Positions 28,166 to 38,420 of a stretch of DNA of 64,000 bases are shown one piece after another. Position 1 is the stretch's first letter, and every line of letters begins with the position of its first letter. Both the position numbers and the translations under genes were made by a program. The notes beneath the pieces were generated by a model. The model was not told where the DNA came from and did no database searches. It saw nothing but the letters and a program-made list of their open reading frames with translations. The stretch covers positions 62,001 through 126,000 of IMG/VR virus record IMGVR_UViG_3300021959_006017; one strand, 5' to 3'.

Positions 28166-28933
28166 ATGGCAAGTAACGACAAACACATAGACTGGCACAG
28201 TGCTGTCGCACTAGGTAAATCAGGTGGCAACAGTGTTCGCAACATCTTTGGATACAATGCGGCAATACCTGATACCTTTGTTCCAGCCTGGGAAAACGCA
28301 ACTACCTACACTTATCCTACAGTGGCTGAAACAATGACCCTACGCTGGGATACAGCAGACGCAGGCTACACCGTCCTCATCAAAGGGTTGGATGAGAACT
28401 ATGATGAGATACAAGAAACTATCACACTAACTGCTTCACCTGTTACACAGACAACAACTAATCAATACTACAGAATAAATGATTTGGTTACCATAGCAAC
28501 ACCAGGAGGAGCGTTTGGTAATCCAGACAATGACATTACATTAACCAACGCAGGCAACACAGTTACCTATGCTAAGATGTTAGCAGACACGGGCAAGAAT
28601 CAAGCGGCTATATACACCGTGCCAAGAGGCTACCAATATGCTCTCACTCGTATTTCAGCGTTCTGTGCCTCAGCCTCACAAAACAATAGAATTATCACCT
28701 TCCGCAATGTTGCGAGACTAAAGACTGGTGTGATCCTTCGTGTTGCAGAAACAGAGTTCTTAGAGCAGATGATTATTGACAGACAGTTACCGTTTGTGTA
28801 TGATGAATGTACAGACATCGAGTTCCAACTAAAAGGATCAGCAGGCACACAGTTCATTGGTGTGTTCAGCGAAGGCATCCTACACGAGAAAAACAAACAG
28901 AGTCATCTTAATAATCTTGAACTAGGCTTCTAA
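28166..28933 (+). CDS. putative virion structural protein
   Basis: IFGYN, GLDENY, QAAIYTVP motifs; beta-rich. Confidence 0.55.
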   Translation: MASNDKHIDWHSAVALGKSGGNSVRNIFGYNAAIPDTFVPAWENATTYTYPTVAETMTLRWDTADAGYTVLIKGLDENYDEIQETITLTASPVTQTTTNQYYRINDLVTIATPGGAFGNPDNDITLTNAGNTVTYAKMLADTGKNQAAIYTVPRGYQYALTRISAFCASASQNNRIITFRNVARLKTGVILRVAETEFLEQMIIDRQLPFVYDECTDIEFQLKGSAGTQFIGVFSEGILHEKNKQSHLNNLELGF

Positions 28934-29033
28934 AGATTAACCCCCCGCCTAGTGGAACTAAACGAGGGGCTGCTTCTAAATGTACTTATTATTAAGGGCT
29001 ATGCCCCGTAAATCTTAGTTTACTTTTATACTA

Positions 29034-29354
29034 TTATTTATTAGTCTTGCCGTTTACAAAATCGTAAAACTTATCAGCAGCTTCTAATACAGCATCAACC
29101 CCTGGTACTTCAGGCATTGAAACAGTTGTAACTACTTCACCAGATTCAGGATCACGCTTTACAGTTTGTTCCCAACCTGCAAACTTAGCATGAAAATCAC
29201 TCCAGACATTGTCTTTGGCCATTTCTAAAACTTGTGTGCGGATTTCGTAACCGTTCTTATTCATTGTTACTTTAGGCATTGCTTGCTTGAACATGTCTGC
29301 AAGCTCTTGCGTTTGCTTGAGGATAGTTTCCCCGTACTTTGTTTCTACGCTCAT
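29034..29354 (-). CDS. hypothetical protein
   Basis: GGAG RBS; NKNGYEIRT motif. Confidence 0.7.
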   Translation of the reverse strand: MSVETKYGETILKQTQELADMFKQAMPKVTMNKNGYEIRTQVLEMAKDNVWSDFHAKFAGWEQTVKRDPESGEVVTTVSMPEVPGVDAVLEAADKFYDFVNGKTNK

Positions 29355-29430
29355 AATATTCTCCTTGTGTGTATGTGTGTAGTGTTACTTTAATGTAACT
29401 TTATTAATGTAACAGAGTATTTAGTGTTTG

Positions 29431-29616
29431 TCAACCACTAACGTAGTTCTTTTTTGGTCTGTACCAAACTTTCTGATGATGTAGCTTTGCACGAACATTT
29501 TGTATTTCACGCTTGTCTGCTTCGTCAGCATTTGTTTGGAGTAGAAATAGAGCCCGATCAATGAGCTCTATATCTTTTACGTTTAGATTGAATCTTGTGT
29601 TAGGCTTATTTGCCAT
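29431..29616 (-). CDS. hypothetical protein
   Basis: ORF in a leftward cluster. Confidence 0.55.
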   Translation of the reverse strand: MANKPNTRFNLNVKDIELIDRALFLLQTNADEADKREIQNVRAKLHHQKVWYRPKKNYVSG

Positions 29617-29757
29617 TAATGATATCCATCTCTTCGTCCGTGTAAGGCCACATATTATAATGCTCCTGCGTAGTGCAGTCCATTAAGAGTTAAAAAGCCT
29701 GCTAAGAATGCCATCATACCTAAAAAGATAAAAGTTGTTTTTACTAGTTCTTTCCAA

Positions 29758-29976
29758 CTATACATTTTCTTTTTCCTTTTTTAACATAAGTGCTTTAGCT
29801 TCGTCCATTCTACCCATTCTTGCAAGTTCTGAAGCAGCTCTTGCTCTACCAGCTGATTCACCTAAGGCAATCATTCCAATAAACATTGCAAATAAACCTT
29901 TGCCGATTGCTTTGAAGATTGTTGGAAGTGGATTTTGAAAAGTGGGTTGTCTAAATGCTACAGCCATTACACCCAC
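29758..29976 (-). CDS. small hypothetical protein
   Basis: Coupled to the DUF1127 gene. Confidence 0.6.
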   Translation of the reverse strand: MGVMAVAFRQPTFQNPLPTIFKAIGKGLFAMFIGMIALGESAGRARAASELARMGRMDEAKALMLKKEKENV

Positions 29977-30206
29977 CCCTTAAGGTTTGGGTTAGTTTCT
30001 CTGTGAAACGTACCTCTTGCTATAGAGCCGATGTCTGAACGACCAATCCCTAGGTCGTGTAGTTCTCTATCTGATAGTCTAGATAGTTCTTTGATTGTTT
30101 GACGCTCTAGTGCCTTTTGGGCTCTTGTGCGTTTCCAATCGCGGATTAGGTCCGCTAGTCCATCAAAGTTTAGCCATTGTGCGGCTGTTAAGATCGCTTG
30201 TGTCAT
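29967..30206 (-). CDS. DUF1127 (YjiS-like) small protein
   Basis: R..RQTIKELSRLSDRELHDLGIGRSDI signature; start reset to MTQAI. Confidence 0.88.
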   Translation of the reverse strand: MTQAILTAAQWLNFDGLADLIRDWKRTRAQKALERQTIKELSRLSDRELHDLGIGRSDIGSIARGTFHRETNPNLKGWV

Positions 30207-30382
30207 TATTGATATACTCCCATTCTCGGTCCTTGACCTTTGTTCTTTAGCATGTAGTGAAAGGCATATTCCCAATCATTAGCATACTCTGTCTTAGCGT
30301 ATGTGAGCATATCAGCTTCGCAGGCCCTAGAGCCTTTGCGTCCAAACATACTCACAAGGCTCTTGAATAGCTTACTAGCCAT
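30206..30382 (-). CDS. small hypothetical protein
   Basis: Start reset to MASKL (GGAG RBS). Confidence 0.6.
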   Translation of the reverse strand: MASKLFKSLVSMFGRKGSRACEADMLTYAKTEYANDWEYAFHYMLKNKGQGPRMGVYQ

Positions 30383-30753
30383 ATTAGTCTCCTTGGTTAA
30401 GTTATTGTTATGGATGCTTGAGGAAAGCAATACCCCGGAACTTCCCCGGCGGTGCAATCGCTTGTAACGCATGGATGATGCGCATAGTCTGTCCTATGTG
30501 TCTATATGTGTGTTGAATAGTGCAGTATTACTGTCCTATTCCTAACTATTTATACAACTATAACACCATATTCAACGAAAGTCGACTATTTTTTTTGCAA
30601 GACTGTGTTGCTATTTTTGCATGGGTCCGTCAACTTTTTCGTTTACCTTTAAGGAAACAGATGTTACTATAAATAACGTTGCCGAGCAGACGTCGAGCTC
30701 GGTCTTAATATGTGAGCGACAGTGTTGTAGCTGTCAAGCAGAGGAGATAAAAA

Positions 30754-31713
30754 ATGGACGCACTCACCCTTTGGAGCCTTGTAGGGTTCCTATTCGCCGC
30801 TTATGCGGTTATTGCAAATGATTCGGTACAGACTCTCGGTACTTGGATCGCATCGAACAATGAGAGATTCAACTGGAAAGTTATGTGGGCCGCCGCTAGT
30901 GCGGTTTTATTATGGGCGATTTGGTATGGATGGTATGCTTATGGCGGAGACATTTCATACGGACGACTGAATAAGATTCCACATGTAGAAGTACAATGGT
31001 ACCACGCAATGGCACCTGCCGTACTACTATTATTGACACGGGTCGGTGTACCTGTATCAACTTCCTTTCTAGTGTTAAGTGCTTTCGCAAGTACGTTTGT
31101 GCTAGAAAAGATGTTGATGAAATCAATGATGGGTTATGTAGTTGCGGCTACTTTCGCATACGCTGTATGGTTTGTTGTTAGTCGTTGGCTAGATGAAAAC
31201 GTTCCAGTCAAAGAAGAACACAAAGCCTATTGGCGTGTTGGACAATGGGTAACCACAGGCTTCCTATGGTGGACTTGGTTATCACACGATATGGCAAACA
31301 TCGCAGTGTTCCTCCCAAGAGAACTAAGTGTTGATCTAATGCTGTTGATTAGTGTTGTATTTGTTGCAGGACTAGGATTTATGCTCCGTGAAGGCGGTGG
31401 TAAGATCCAACAGATTGTTCTAGAGAAACACAATACTCGTTACATTAGAAGTGCAACGATTATTGACTTGTTCTATTGGCTAACACTATGGTTCTTTAAA
31501 GAACTAAATGATATTCCAATGAGTACAACATGGGTGTTCGTTGGCTTACTTGCAGGACGTGAGTTTGCTATTGCGAGCTTTATGGGCAAGAAGAAAACAA
31601 AAAGTGTATTCCCAATCGTGGGCAAAGACTTTGGTAAAATGATGATCGGGTTGAGTGCTTCATTAGCAATCGTACTATTGATTCATTATGTTATAGTTCC
31701 AAACGGACTATAA
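30754..31713 (+). CDS. multi-pass membrane protein, PiT-like phosphate/sulfate permease-related
   Basis: IANDSVQTLGT and HDMANIA half-repeat motifs, PVSTS, PMSTTW; about 9-10 TM. Confidence 0.6.
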   Translation: MDALTLWSLVGFLFAAYAVIANDSVQTLGTWIASNNERFNWKVMWAAASAVLLWAIWYGWYAYGGDISYGRLNKIPHVEVQWYHAMAPAVLLLLTRVGVPVSTSFLVLSAFASTFVLEKMLMKSMMGYVVAATFAYAVWFVVSRWLDENVPVKEEHKAYWRVGQWVTTGFLWWTWLSHDMANIAVFLPRELSVDLMLLISVVFVAGLGFMLREGGGKIQQIVLEKHNTRYIRSATIIDLFYWLTLWFFKELNDIPMSTTWVFVGLLAGREFAIASFMGKKKTKSVFPIVGKDFGKMMIGLSASLAIVLLIHYVIVPNGL

Positions 31714-31718
31714 AACAG

Positions 31719-31748
31719 AAAGGCAGTGTACGACGAGCTGCCTTTTTT
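31719..31748 (+). terminator. rho-independent terminator
   Basis: aaaggcag/ctgccttt stem plus T-run. Confidence 0.65.
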
Positions 31749-31781
31749 CTTGACTGATAGATTATAAGACTATATAATAGT

Positions 31782-32018
31782 ATGATAAAAGATTGGAACA
31801 CAAAAGATATTTGCAGAACCATAGGTAAGATCACTTGGGCTGCAACTGACCCAAAAATGGATGGCTTTAACACCTGGGGGTGCAAAAGAGAACTGTATGA
31901 ACTGTTATTCTTTGTGCAACAAGAACTGGACAAGTGTAGCACCTATGGTGATATTGAAGAAGAATATCTAAAGAAACATGATCAGGAGATGATGCTAAAA
32001 GCATTAGGTAAAAAATGA
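31782..32018 (+). CDS. hypothetical protein
   Basis: sigma70 promoter directly upstream; DPKMDGF..WGCKRELY. Confidence 0.65.
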   Translation: MIKDWNTKDICRTIGKITWAATDPKMDGFNTWGCKRELYELLFFVQQELDKCSTYGDIEEEYLKKHDQEMMLKALGKK

Positions 32019-32109
32019 TAGAATGGTATGATTATATTTGGTTCGCAGTATTGGTTTCTTCACCAGCATTGTTATTAATTGGCATTGACTATCTAGGGGA
32101 TAAGATTAA

Positions 32110-32868
32110 ATGAAACTAGGTATTGCAGGTTATGGGTTTGTTGGTCAAGCACACGAGTTGATGCTGAAAAACTACCACGAGATATTAATCAGTGATCCAG
32201 ACAAAGGACACTATGCAGACTTAAAGCATGCAGACGCTATCATTGTTTGCGTAAGCACACCCGAAGGATCGCACGGTGGATGTAAGATGGACAATGTGTT
32301 TAATGTTCTTGATGCTGCACCAGATGTTCCTATACTAATAAAAAGCACACTTTCAGTTGAAGGTTGGAAGATGATAGATCATACATTTCCAAACACAAAT
32401 CTTACATTTAGTCCTGAGTTCCTACGTGCGGCTCACTGGCAAGAAGATGCTCTCAACACACGCCACTTTTACCTAGGTGGCAAAGGCACACAGTTTTGGT
32501 CAGATGTTTTGTTACAAGCTCTAGGTCCTATCAGTATCAGTATTGAAAAGCCAGCAGAACTAGTTGCAGCAAAGGCACTACGCAATAGTTTCTTAGCACT
32601 AAAAGTTATTTTCTTTAATCAAGTTTATGATTATGCACAAGCCCATGGACTAGATTACAGTGCAGTGGCAGATGTAATCGGAGCAGACGAACGCATTGGT
32701 GCGAGCCATACTACTGTTACTGAAGAACGCGGCTACGGTGGACATTGTTTTCCTAAAGATGTTCGTGCAGTCATAAAGTCAGGGCAAGCCTATAATGCTA
32801 GACTTACCCTGCTAGAAGAAGCTGACGCTTACAATAGTACTATTCGGCGAGATACTTCTCAAGATTAG
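32110..32868 (+). CDS. UDP-glucose/GDP-mannose dehydrogenase family protein (short form)
   Basis: GIAGYGFVG, VCVSTP, IKST, SPEFLR, GYGGHCFPKD. Confidence 0.88.
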   Translation: MKLGIAGYGFVGQAHELMLKNYHEILISDPDKGHYADLKHADAIIVCVSTPEGSHGGCKMDNVFNVLDAAPDVPILIKSTLSVEGWKMIDHTFPNTNLTFSPEFLRAAHWQEDALNTRHFYLGGKGTQFWSDVLLQALGPISISIEKPAELVAAKALRNSFLALKVIFFNQVYDYAQAHGLDYSAVADVIGADERIGASHTTVTEERGYGGHCFPKDVRAVIKSGQAYNARLTLLEEADAYNSTIRRDTSQD

Positions 32869-33604
32869 TAACATAGTTTGTCATGCTGTGATCTGAAAAG
32901 TTGTCGATAGAACCTTTTTTGATTCCCATCCACATTCCACGCCAGCGATCTTTTACACGCTGCCATGCTGTTATCTTGCGAACGTTACCGTAAGCGTTCA
33001 TATAATGTTCTTCACCATGATGTACATAACCCATAGCCGCTAGTGGAACCCGTGTAACAATATCGTTGTTGTTTACCCAACGATGATGCTCTACATTTAA
33101 ACTCTTGCAGTATGCTCTCCATCCTACTCTTGGCGAACCAAAGGTGTATAGTTCAATAGGATCGTTTAGATCAATATTGTGTTTGCAACGGCTAGCCATA
33201 ATAGTTGCCATAGCCGCTCCTAGTGAGTGTCCGCAGAACCAAAGTGTTTTGTTAATATTTGCTTTACGTAATATGTCTTCTTCAACCATAGGCCATAGTT
33301 CATCTACTTCTGCTTTGAACCCTCGATGTACCCGACTAACAGTTTCTGCTACAACAGGCATTGCTTTTAGATCTGCCTTGATGTCATTAAACTCTGATGG
33401 TTGTGTGCCGCGGCATGCGATAACAATATCTTCTTTGTTCATAAAACGATACGCTTGAGCACCGTCTCTGTTGTAAAACTCTACAGTTGTGAAGCCTAGT
33501 TTTTTTACTTGACTTTTTGCGTCCTTTTCGTTACAATAAGCTATACTTGCTAGTTTTGCAAACAATAAGGAACGTTCTTTGAAATTCATATCTTTTATTG
33601 ACAT
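32840..33604 (-). CDS. class 3 lipase
   Basis: IACRGT, VHRGF, GHSLGAAMA, YTFGSPRVG, NNNDIVTRVP, DH. Confidence 0.9.
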   Translation of the reverse strand: MSIKDMNFKERSLLFAKLASIAYCNEKDAKSQVKKLGFTTVEFYNRDGAQAYRFMNKEDIVIACRGTQPSEFNDIKADLKAMPVVAETVSRVHRGFKAEVDELWPMVEEDILRKANINKTLWFCGHSLGAAMATIMASRCKHNIDLNDPIELYTFGSPRVGWRAYCKSLNVEHHRWVNNNDIVTRVPLAAMGYVHHGEEHYMNAYGNVRKITAWQRVKDRWRGMWMGIKKGSIDNFSDHSMTNYVTNLEKYLAE

Positions 33605-33670
33605 TTTGCCCTCCATCATGTATACTACTCATATTTATCGTAACGCTAAATACATTACGGAGTAGAAATA

Positions 33671-33934
33671 ATGAAAAAGCGTACACGTTCGATACTAGAA
33701 GAGTTAAACTCTGTTCATGGTAACAGAGATAATGATCATCTTATTGATACAACAGCAAATAATATTATAGAAAGTGCTATTAATCTTTTAACAAGAATAC
33801 ACAGCCACTATGATAGTGAAACTGCTGGTGAGCTAGAGCGACGATTCATTAACAGTATTAAAGGCGGTGACCCTCGCAAGTTCCGCAGAAGTATGAACAA
33901 AATAATAGAGAGTAAAAAGAATGACGATTCTTAA
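33671..33934 (+). CDS. hypothetical late protein
   Basis: Late motif; TRSILEEL...DPRKF. Confidence 0.7.
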   Translation: MKKRTRSILEELNSVHGNRDNDHLIDTTANNIIESAINLLTRIHSHYDSETAGELERRFINSIKGGDPRKFRRSMNKIIESKKNDDS

Positions 33935-34799
33935 AGAAGGTGGTAACATATTCAAAACACAAGAAGGACCACTAACACAGCGTATACCTACACCGGCAGT
34001 AAGACCTACTGTTGCTGCGATTGAAAAGATTGTAGGTTTGGAGTTTGTTGACGATGACTTGCTAGGTACAACAGGCAAGAAAGTAAATCCTGATGGAACA
34101 TTTGAAAAGAACAGTTCCGGTGACTTAGATCTAAACACTGACCTAAACAAAATAAGCAAAGAAGAACTAAAAACAAAACTTGTCGCTTGGTGTAAGAAGC
34201 AAGGTATTCCAGATGATCAAATCATAAACATGAGCAAAAAGGATATGATTGCCAAAACTGGAGATAAAAGCGCAGTACCATTTACAGGTGGGTATATTCA
34301 CGATGCTGGCGACCAAGTACATTTCCGTATGCCTATAGCAGGCGGCAAAGGATTTGTGCAAACTGACTTTATGATGACAACTAACCCAGATCTACAACGT
34401 GGAGCCAAGCGTGGCGGCACAGAGCAGTACAGTGGTAAAGACAGAGCTATCTTACTATCAAGTATTGCAAGAGGCAGAGGCTATAAGTTTAGCCCTAAGT
34501 TTGGTGTAGTTGACCCAAACAAAGGCGACGAAGTAGTTGCAGACAACTGGAACGATATTGCAGTTATCTTACTAGGTCCAGGTGCTAAAGAAGCAGATAC
34601 GCACACTGTAGAAAGTATGCTTGCAAAGATCAAAGGCGATCCAAACTATGAAACGCTTATTGGTCCTTGGAAAGAAGCAATGGAAAAAGAAGGTAAGAGT
34701 GTTCCTGAGTCAACTGGATATACAACACTAGAAGACAAACAACTTGCCCGCATTAAAGAACTAAGTGGTAGTTTACTTAACAGTACGAGAATGCTATGA
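33921..34799 (+). CDS. Pol-beta-superfamily nucleotidyltransferase-like protein
   Basis: LLGTTGKK...SSGDLDL and VQTDFM motifs. Confidence 0.6.
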   Translation: MTILKEGGNIFKTQEGPLTQRIPTPAVRPTVAAIEKIVGLEFVDDDLLGTTGKKVNPDGTFEKNSSGDLDLNTDLNKISKEELKTKLVAWCKKQGIPDDQIINMSKKDMIAKTGDKSAVPFTGGYIHDAGDQVHFRMPIAGGKGFVQTDFMMTTNPDLQRGAKRGGTEQYSGKDRAILLSSIARGRGYKFSPKFGVVDPNKGDEVVADNWNDIAVILLGPGAKEADTHTVESMLAKIKGDPNYETLIGPWKEAMEKEGKSVPESTGYTTLEDKQLARIKELSGSLLNSTRML

Positions 34800-35893
34800 G
34801 ATTTACAGAGTTCCGCACAGTTCTTACAGAAGCAGCAAAGGTAGGTAGAGAGTACCAACACCTAGAGGACCTTGTGTTCGTAAAAGGATCTAAGGGTGCT
34901 ATGGAAGCAGCCGATGTACTAGAAAAACTAGGCAGCGATACAGGTGATGTTGCTATTAAGTGGGACGGTAACCCTACTATCTATTGGGGTAGAGAAAACG
35001 ACGGAACCTTTGTACTTGTAGGCAAAAACGGTTGGGGTCGTAACAAAAGCACAAGCGCAGACGATCTAAGCAACTTTATTAAAAACTCAGGTAAGGGTGT
35101 AGAAGAAGAACCGTGGAGAGAAGACTTTGGCTCCGACATGGCAGAGATATTTGAAATAATGAAAGCAGCTACACCTCCGACTTTCCGTGGATTCGTTTAC
35201 GGAGATTTACTTTACACTCCTAGGAAACCATTCAAAAAAACCGAAGGTGCTGTAGAGTTTACGCCGAACAAAGTCACTTATACAGTCAAGAACAAAAGCC
35301 AACTCGGCGAGCGCATAGCGAACTCAAAAGTTGGTGTAGTAGTTCATACTAAGTTTGACGAGTTCGGCAGTAAATCTAGTACACCAGTTGATGATGTACA
35401 AGAACTCAACAGTAGAGACGCAGTGGTACTAGGACAAACTTATGTTGCACACCAACCCAAAGTAGATACTAAGGAAGTTAACAGCATAAGAAAAATAGCA
35501 CAGTCTAACGCAAAAGCCATTGATACATTTATTGCAGGCACAAAAGGTTTAACTAATCCTGCAGGTATCATATATACATACATGAATCATATGACTCGTG
35601 TACAGCAGTTAGACAATGTTGATAAAGGGTTCTTTGACTGGCTTAAACAAAGCAAAGTAAGTCAAGGACAGCAAGCAAAACTAGCAGAACTAGATCAACA
35701 AACTGGAGGTCTTAATGCTATTTTTGGTCTTGTAAAACAAATCATGTCTGTAAAGGATCATATCATAGATCAGTTAGACGATGCCGATGCAGACGTTAAG
35801 GCAACAACAGCAGGTCAAAAAGGCGGCGAAGGTTATGTCGCTCTTGGAAGTAAAACTAAACTAGTGCCACGCAAACGCTGGCAACCAAACTAA
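34796..35893 (+). CDS. ligase/nucleotidyltransferase-superfamily protein (DUF6267-like)
   Basis: IKWDG (motif I), YGDLLY (III), GGEGYV (IV), KLVPR (V). Confidence 0.6.
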   Translation: MRFTEFRTVLTEAAKVGREYQHLEDLVFVKGSKGAMEAADVLEKLGSDTGDVAIKWDGNPTIYWGRENDGTFVLVGKNGWGRNKSTSADDLSNFIKNSGKGVEEEPWREDFGSDMAEIFEIMKAATPPTFRGFVYGDLLYTPRKPFKKTEGAVEFTPNKVTYTVKNKSQLGERIANSKVGVVVHTKFDEFGSKSSTPVDDVQELNSRDAVVLGQTYVAHQPKVDTKEVNSIRKIAQSNAKAIDTFIAGTKGLTNPAGIIYTYMNHMTRVQQLDNVDKGFFDWLKQSKVSQGQQAKLAELDQQTGGLNAIFGLVKQIMSVKDHIIDQLDDADADVKATTAGQKGGEGYVALGSKTKLVPRKRWQPN

Positions 35894-35902
35894 GGAAGTA
35901 AA

Positions 35903-36295
35903 ATGAAAATCAATGAAGTTATTGCTCGCGAAGCAAACTATGAAACTGGCGAAGGTAATCGCAAACTAGCAGCTATTGGTCGTGTACTTATGGATCGTGC
36001 TGCAACAACAAAAGACGATGCACTATCAAATCTAATGGCAAAAGTTGGTAACGAACTTACAAGTTACGATACAACATTTGGTGCTCGCTCACTGCCTGAG
36101 CTACTTAAGAAAGCTGATGTTTCAAAAGAAATGCTGATGAAGCTGATGAAGTACGGTGAAGCTGAACTTAAAAAAGGCGGCGATGTCAAGAAGGGTGCTG
36201 ACACTCCAGATATGGATGACGAACCAGAAGATATGGGCGGACCAAGTGACGACGATATTGCCCGTCAAGCAGATATGAGAGCTAAAGGCAAGTAA
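35903..36295 (+). CDS. hypothetical protein, putative head-internal
   Basis: MKINEV...REA N-terminus. Confidence 0.65.
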   Translation: MKINEVIAREANYETGEGNRKLAAIGRVLMDRAATTKDDALSNLMAKVGNELTSYDTTFGARSLPELLKKADVSKEMLMKLMKYGEAELKKGGDVKKGADTPDMDDEPEDMGGPSDDDIARQADMRAKGK

Positions 36296-37158
36296 TGGAC
36301 TTTATCAAGGACCTTCATGAAGCAAGGATGACCAAGGACAATGGTCCTAGTCGAAAACTAACATACACTGATTGTGCAGAGCGTATGTACCTTACTCTGT
36401 TGGCTCTTGAAACTATGAGACAGTATCCAGAGTACAAAGGATTTGTACAAAGATACTGCAAAAAGACCAGCGGGTTTGAGCTATACAAATACTATCGTAT
36501 TATGGGCACAGACTTGTACAACTTTCTTTACTTCCTAGTTGGCAGTCAAGACAAGCTCAAAGACCCAGAAAGTGCAACAGCATTTGCACAAAAGATAAAA
36601 AGAAGTGTACCTATCATGGATATCAATAGGCACATTCAATCATTGGCTAGAGGTGCAGAACCTACACTTACAACAAAGATGTTTCTTAGTATTGAAAGTG
36701 TATTCAATATCACAAACGCAGACTACAAAATGATACGCAGAGGTTTGCAAGACTATCGCAAACTTACAAAAGCAGACAAAGAAAGATTAGTAACAAGATT
36801 GATATTTGCTGTTCGTGCTAAACTACGTTCAAGTGATTTTATAGATGATTTTGAAAAGTTTGCTGCAATCAAGAATCTTGAAACACCATTTGTACAAGAT
36901 CCAGAACCAACTATTAGCACACCAGATATTAGCACAGCAACACAGGACTTTGCACTGTATAGATATCTAGTTGGTGCTGACAAACTACAGTTAACAAAAG
37001 CATTTCTTAATAATATGAAAGACGGTAAAGCCACAAGTTCTAACATGAATCAAGCATATTTGCCAGCAGTTAAGATGATAGATGACATTGTAAGTGGCGG
37101 TCCTGCATACGTACAACAGCTAAGAGCACTGCATCAGAGAGCAAAAAAGCGCCGTTAA
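36295..37158 (+). CDS. hypothetical protein, putative head-associated
   Basis: MDFIKDLHEA N-terminus. Confidence 0.65.
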   Translation: MDFIKDLHEARMTKDNGPSRKLTYTDCAERMYLTLLALETMRQYPEYKGFVQRYCKKTSGFELYKYYRIMGTDLYNFLYFLVGSQDKLKDPESATAFAQKIKRSVPIMDINRHIQSLARGAEPTLTTKMFLSIESVFNITNADYKMIRRGLQDYRKLTKADKERLVTRLIFAVRAKLRSSDFIDDFEKFAAIKNLETPFVQDPEPTISTPDISTATQDFALYRYLVGADKLQLTKAFLNNMKDGKATSSNMNQAYLPAVKMIDDIVSGGPAYVQQLRALHQRAKKRR

Positions 37159-37247
37159 GAGCCATTTTTCCTGTTAAATGATAAATATAAATGTAAAAGA
37201 CGCAAGAGAAAGGCGTTTTGACCATTTAGAGAAACAGGAGAATAAAA

Positions 37248-37595
37248 ATGGCAGCAACTTATGACTTTACACCAGCTAATGGTGGAACAAACGCAGTAGG
37301 CTCAATCGAGTCAGTAGCACAGCTAGACGCATATCTAGTAAACGTCGGTGACGGATCAGGCGGAGCAGAAGATCTACGTGCCATAGACGGCGCATACGGT
37401 TCAGTATATGACATGATCCTACGTGAACTACAGCCACTAATGGCTTTTGCACCGAATGATGCAAGTGGTAACATTCACATCATCGTTGATGGACACGCAA
37501 ACACAGCAGCTTCACTTCTAGCACGTCTAGAAGCAATCGACGGAGTTGGAAACGACTCAAGCGTAACAGCAGCTTCAAGCATCACTATTGCTTAA
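37248..37595 (+). CDS. small, probably abundant virion structural protein
   Basis: Late motif, strong AGGAG RBS, own terminator, Ala/Gly/Asp-rich. Confidence 0.6.
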   Translation: MAATYDFTPANGGTNAVGSIESVAQLDAYLVNVGDGSGGAEDLRAIDGAYGSVYDMILRELQPLMAFAPNDASGNIHIIVDGHANTAASLLARLEAIDGVGNDSSVTAASSITIA

Positions 37596-37645
37596 TATTT
37601 CCTAACTACCTTAGGAACCGTGATTGCTTACACAGGCGTCACACT

Positions 37646-37676
37646 AAACAGCCACTTTATAAGTGGCTGTTTTTTT
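37646..37676 (+). terminator. rho-independent terminator
   Basis: aaacagccact/agtggctgttt stem plus T-run. Confidence 0.8.
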
Positions 37677-37692
37677 ATGACTTAAATACTGC

Positions 37693-38082
37693 ATGCGCTT
37701 TAATATACATACTTTATTTGACATTACTGAAACACGAGCCCGCAAAGGCGATGATGGTTATAAAGTTAAACAGCAGCAAAACTATTTGAGTATACTCAAT
37801 ACAATAGGGCTTAGAGTCAATCCGACTTATATAAGCGAGCCCACTTGCGAAGAAAAGATTATAAAAGGATTTGGCACAGACTATAAAGGAAAGCAACGAG
37901 TATGGCGCTATTCTTTTGATGTTGATTATGAAGGCGCATTGGATATAGCTACTATGATAAACGACTTTGATCTGTGTCCTATTATAACAGGACTAGAAGA
38001 AACAGTTGACATTAAACCAAGCGTTATCAGAACCCAAGATAAAGCAAAAACCAATATTATTTTTGAACTAGAAGATAAATAA
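37693..38082 (+). CDS. hypothetical late protein
   Basis: TLFDITET, QQQNY, GLRVNP; TAAATA 4 nt upstream. Confidence 0.7.
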   Translation: MRFNIHTLFDITETRARKGDDGYKVKQQQNYLSILNTIGLRVNPTYISEPTCEEKIIKGFGTDYKGKQRVWRYSFDVDYEGALDIATMINDFDLCPIITGLEETVDIKPSVIRTQDKAKTNIIFELEDK

Positions 38083-38170
38083 TAATGTTACATTGTAACC
38101 AGGCACATTAATAACAACTACTAAAGGCCAACTACGAGTTTACTTTACTTTAATTTTAACGGAGATTAAT

Positions 38171-38399
38171 GTGTCAACAACACAACTAAAAAGAAAATCT
38201 AGAAGCGCACGTAGATTTATGCGCACAGCGTTATGACGTCTTAGAGGCTCGTCTCACCAAAGTTGAGCAAAAAGTAGACGACATTCATACACTTATCCAA
38301 AACGGTCAGCAATCAATGACTAAAGTTATTATTGGTGCAGCTGGCACAATCGTAGCAGGACTACTTTCCACTATCGTCGTAATATTAATGAATATGTAA
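38171..38399 (+). pseudogene. frameshifted coiled-coil plus C-terminal TM protein (XhlA/holin-like)
   Basis: GGAG RBS and GTG start give MSTTQL; the frame containing ENLEAHVDLCAQRY...IVVILMNM is offset at the A5 run 38188-38192. Confidence 0.6.
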
Positions 38400-38420
38400 T
38401 CACTCGCGATAAATAACTAT

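Noticed and set aside
30690-30750. Riboswitch upstream of the permease-like gene
   Set aside because: Two small hairpins are present but no recognisable aptamer consensus; not supportable without an Infernal search
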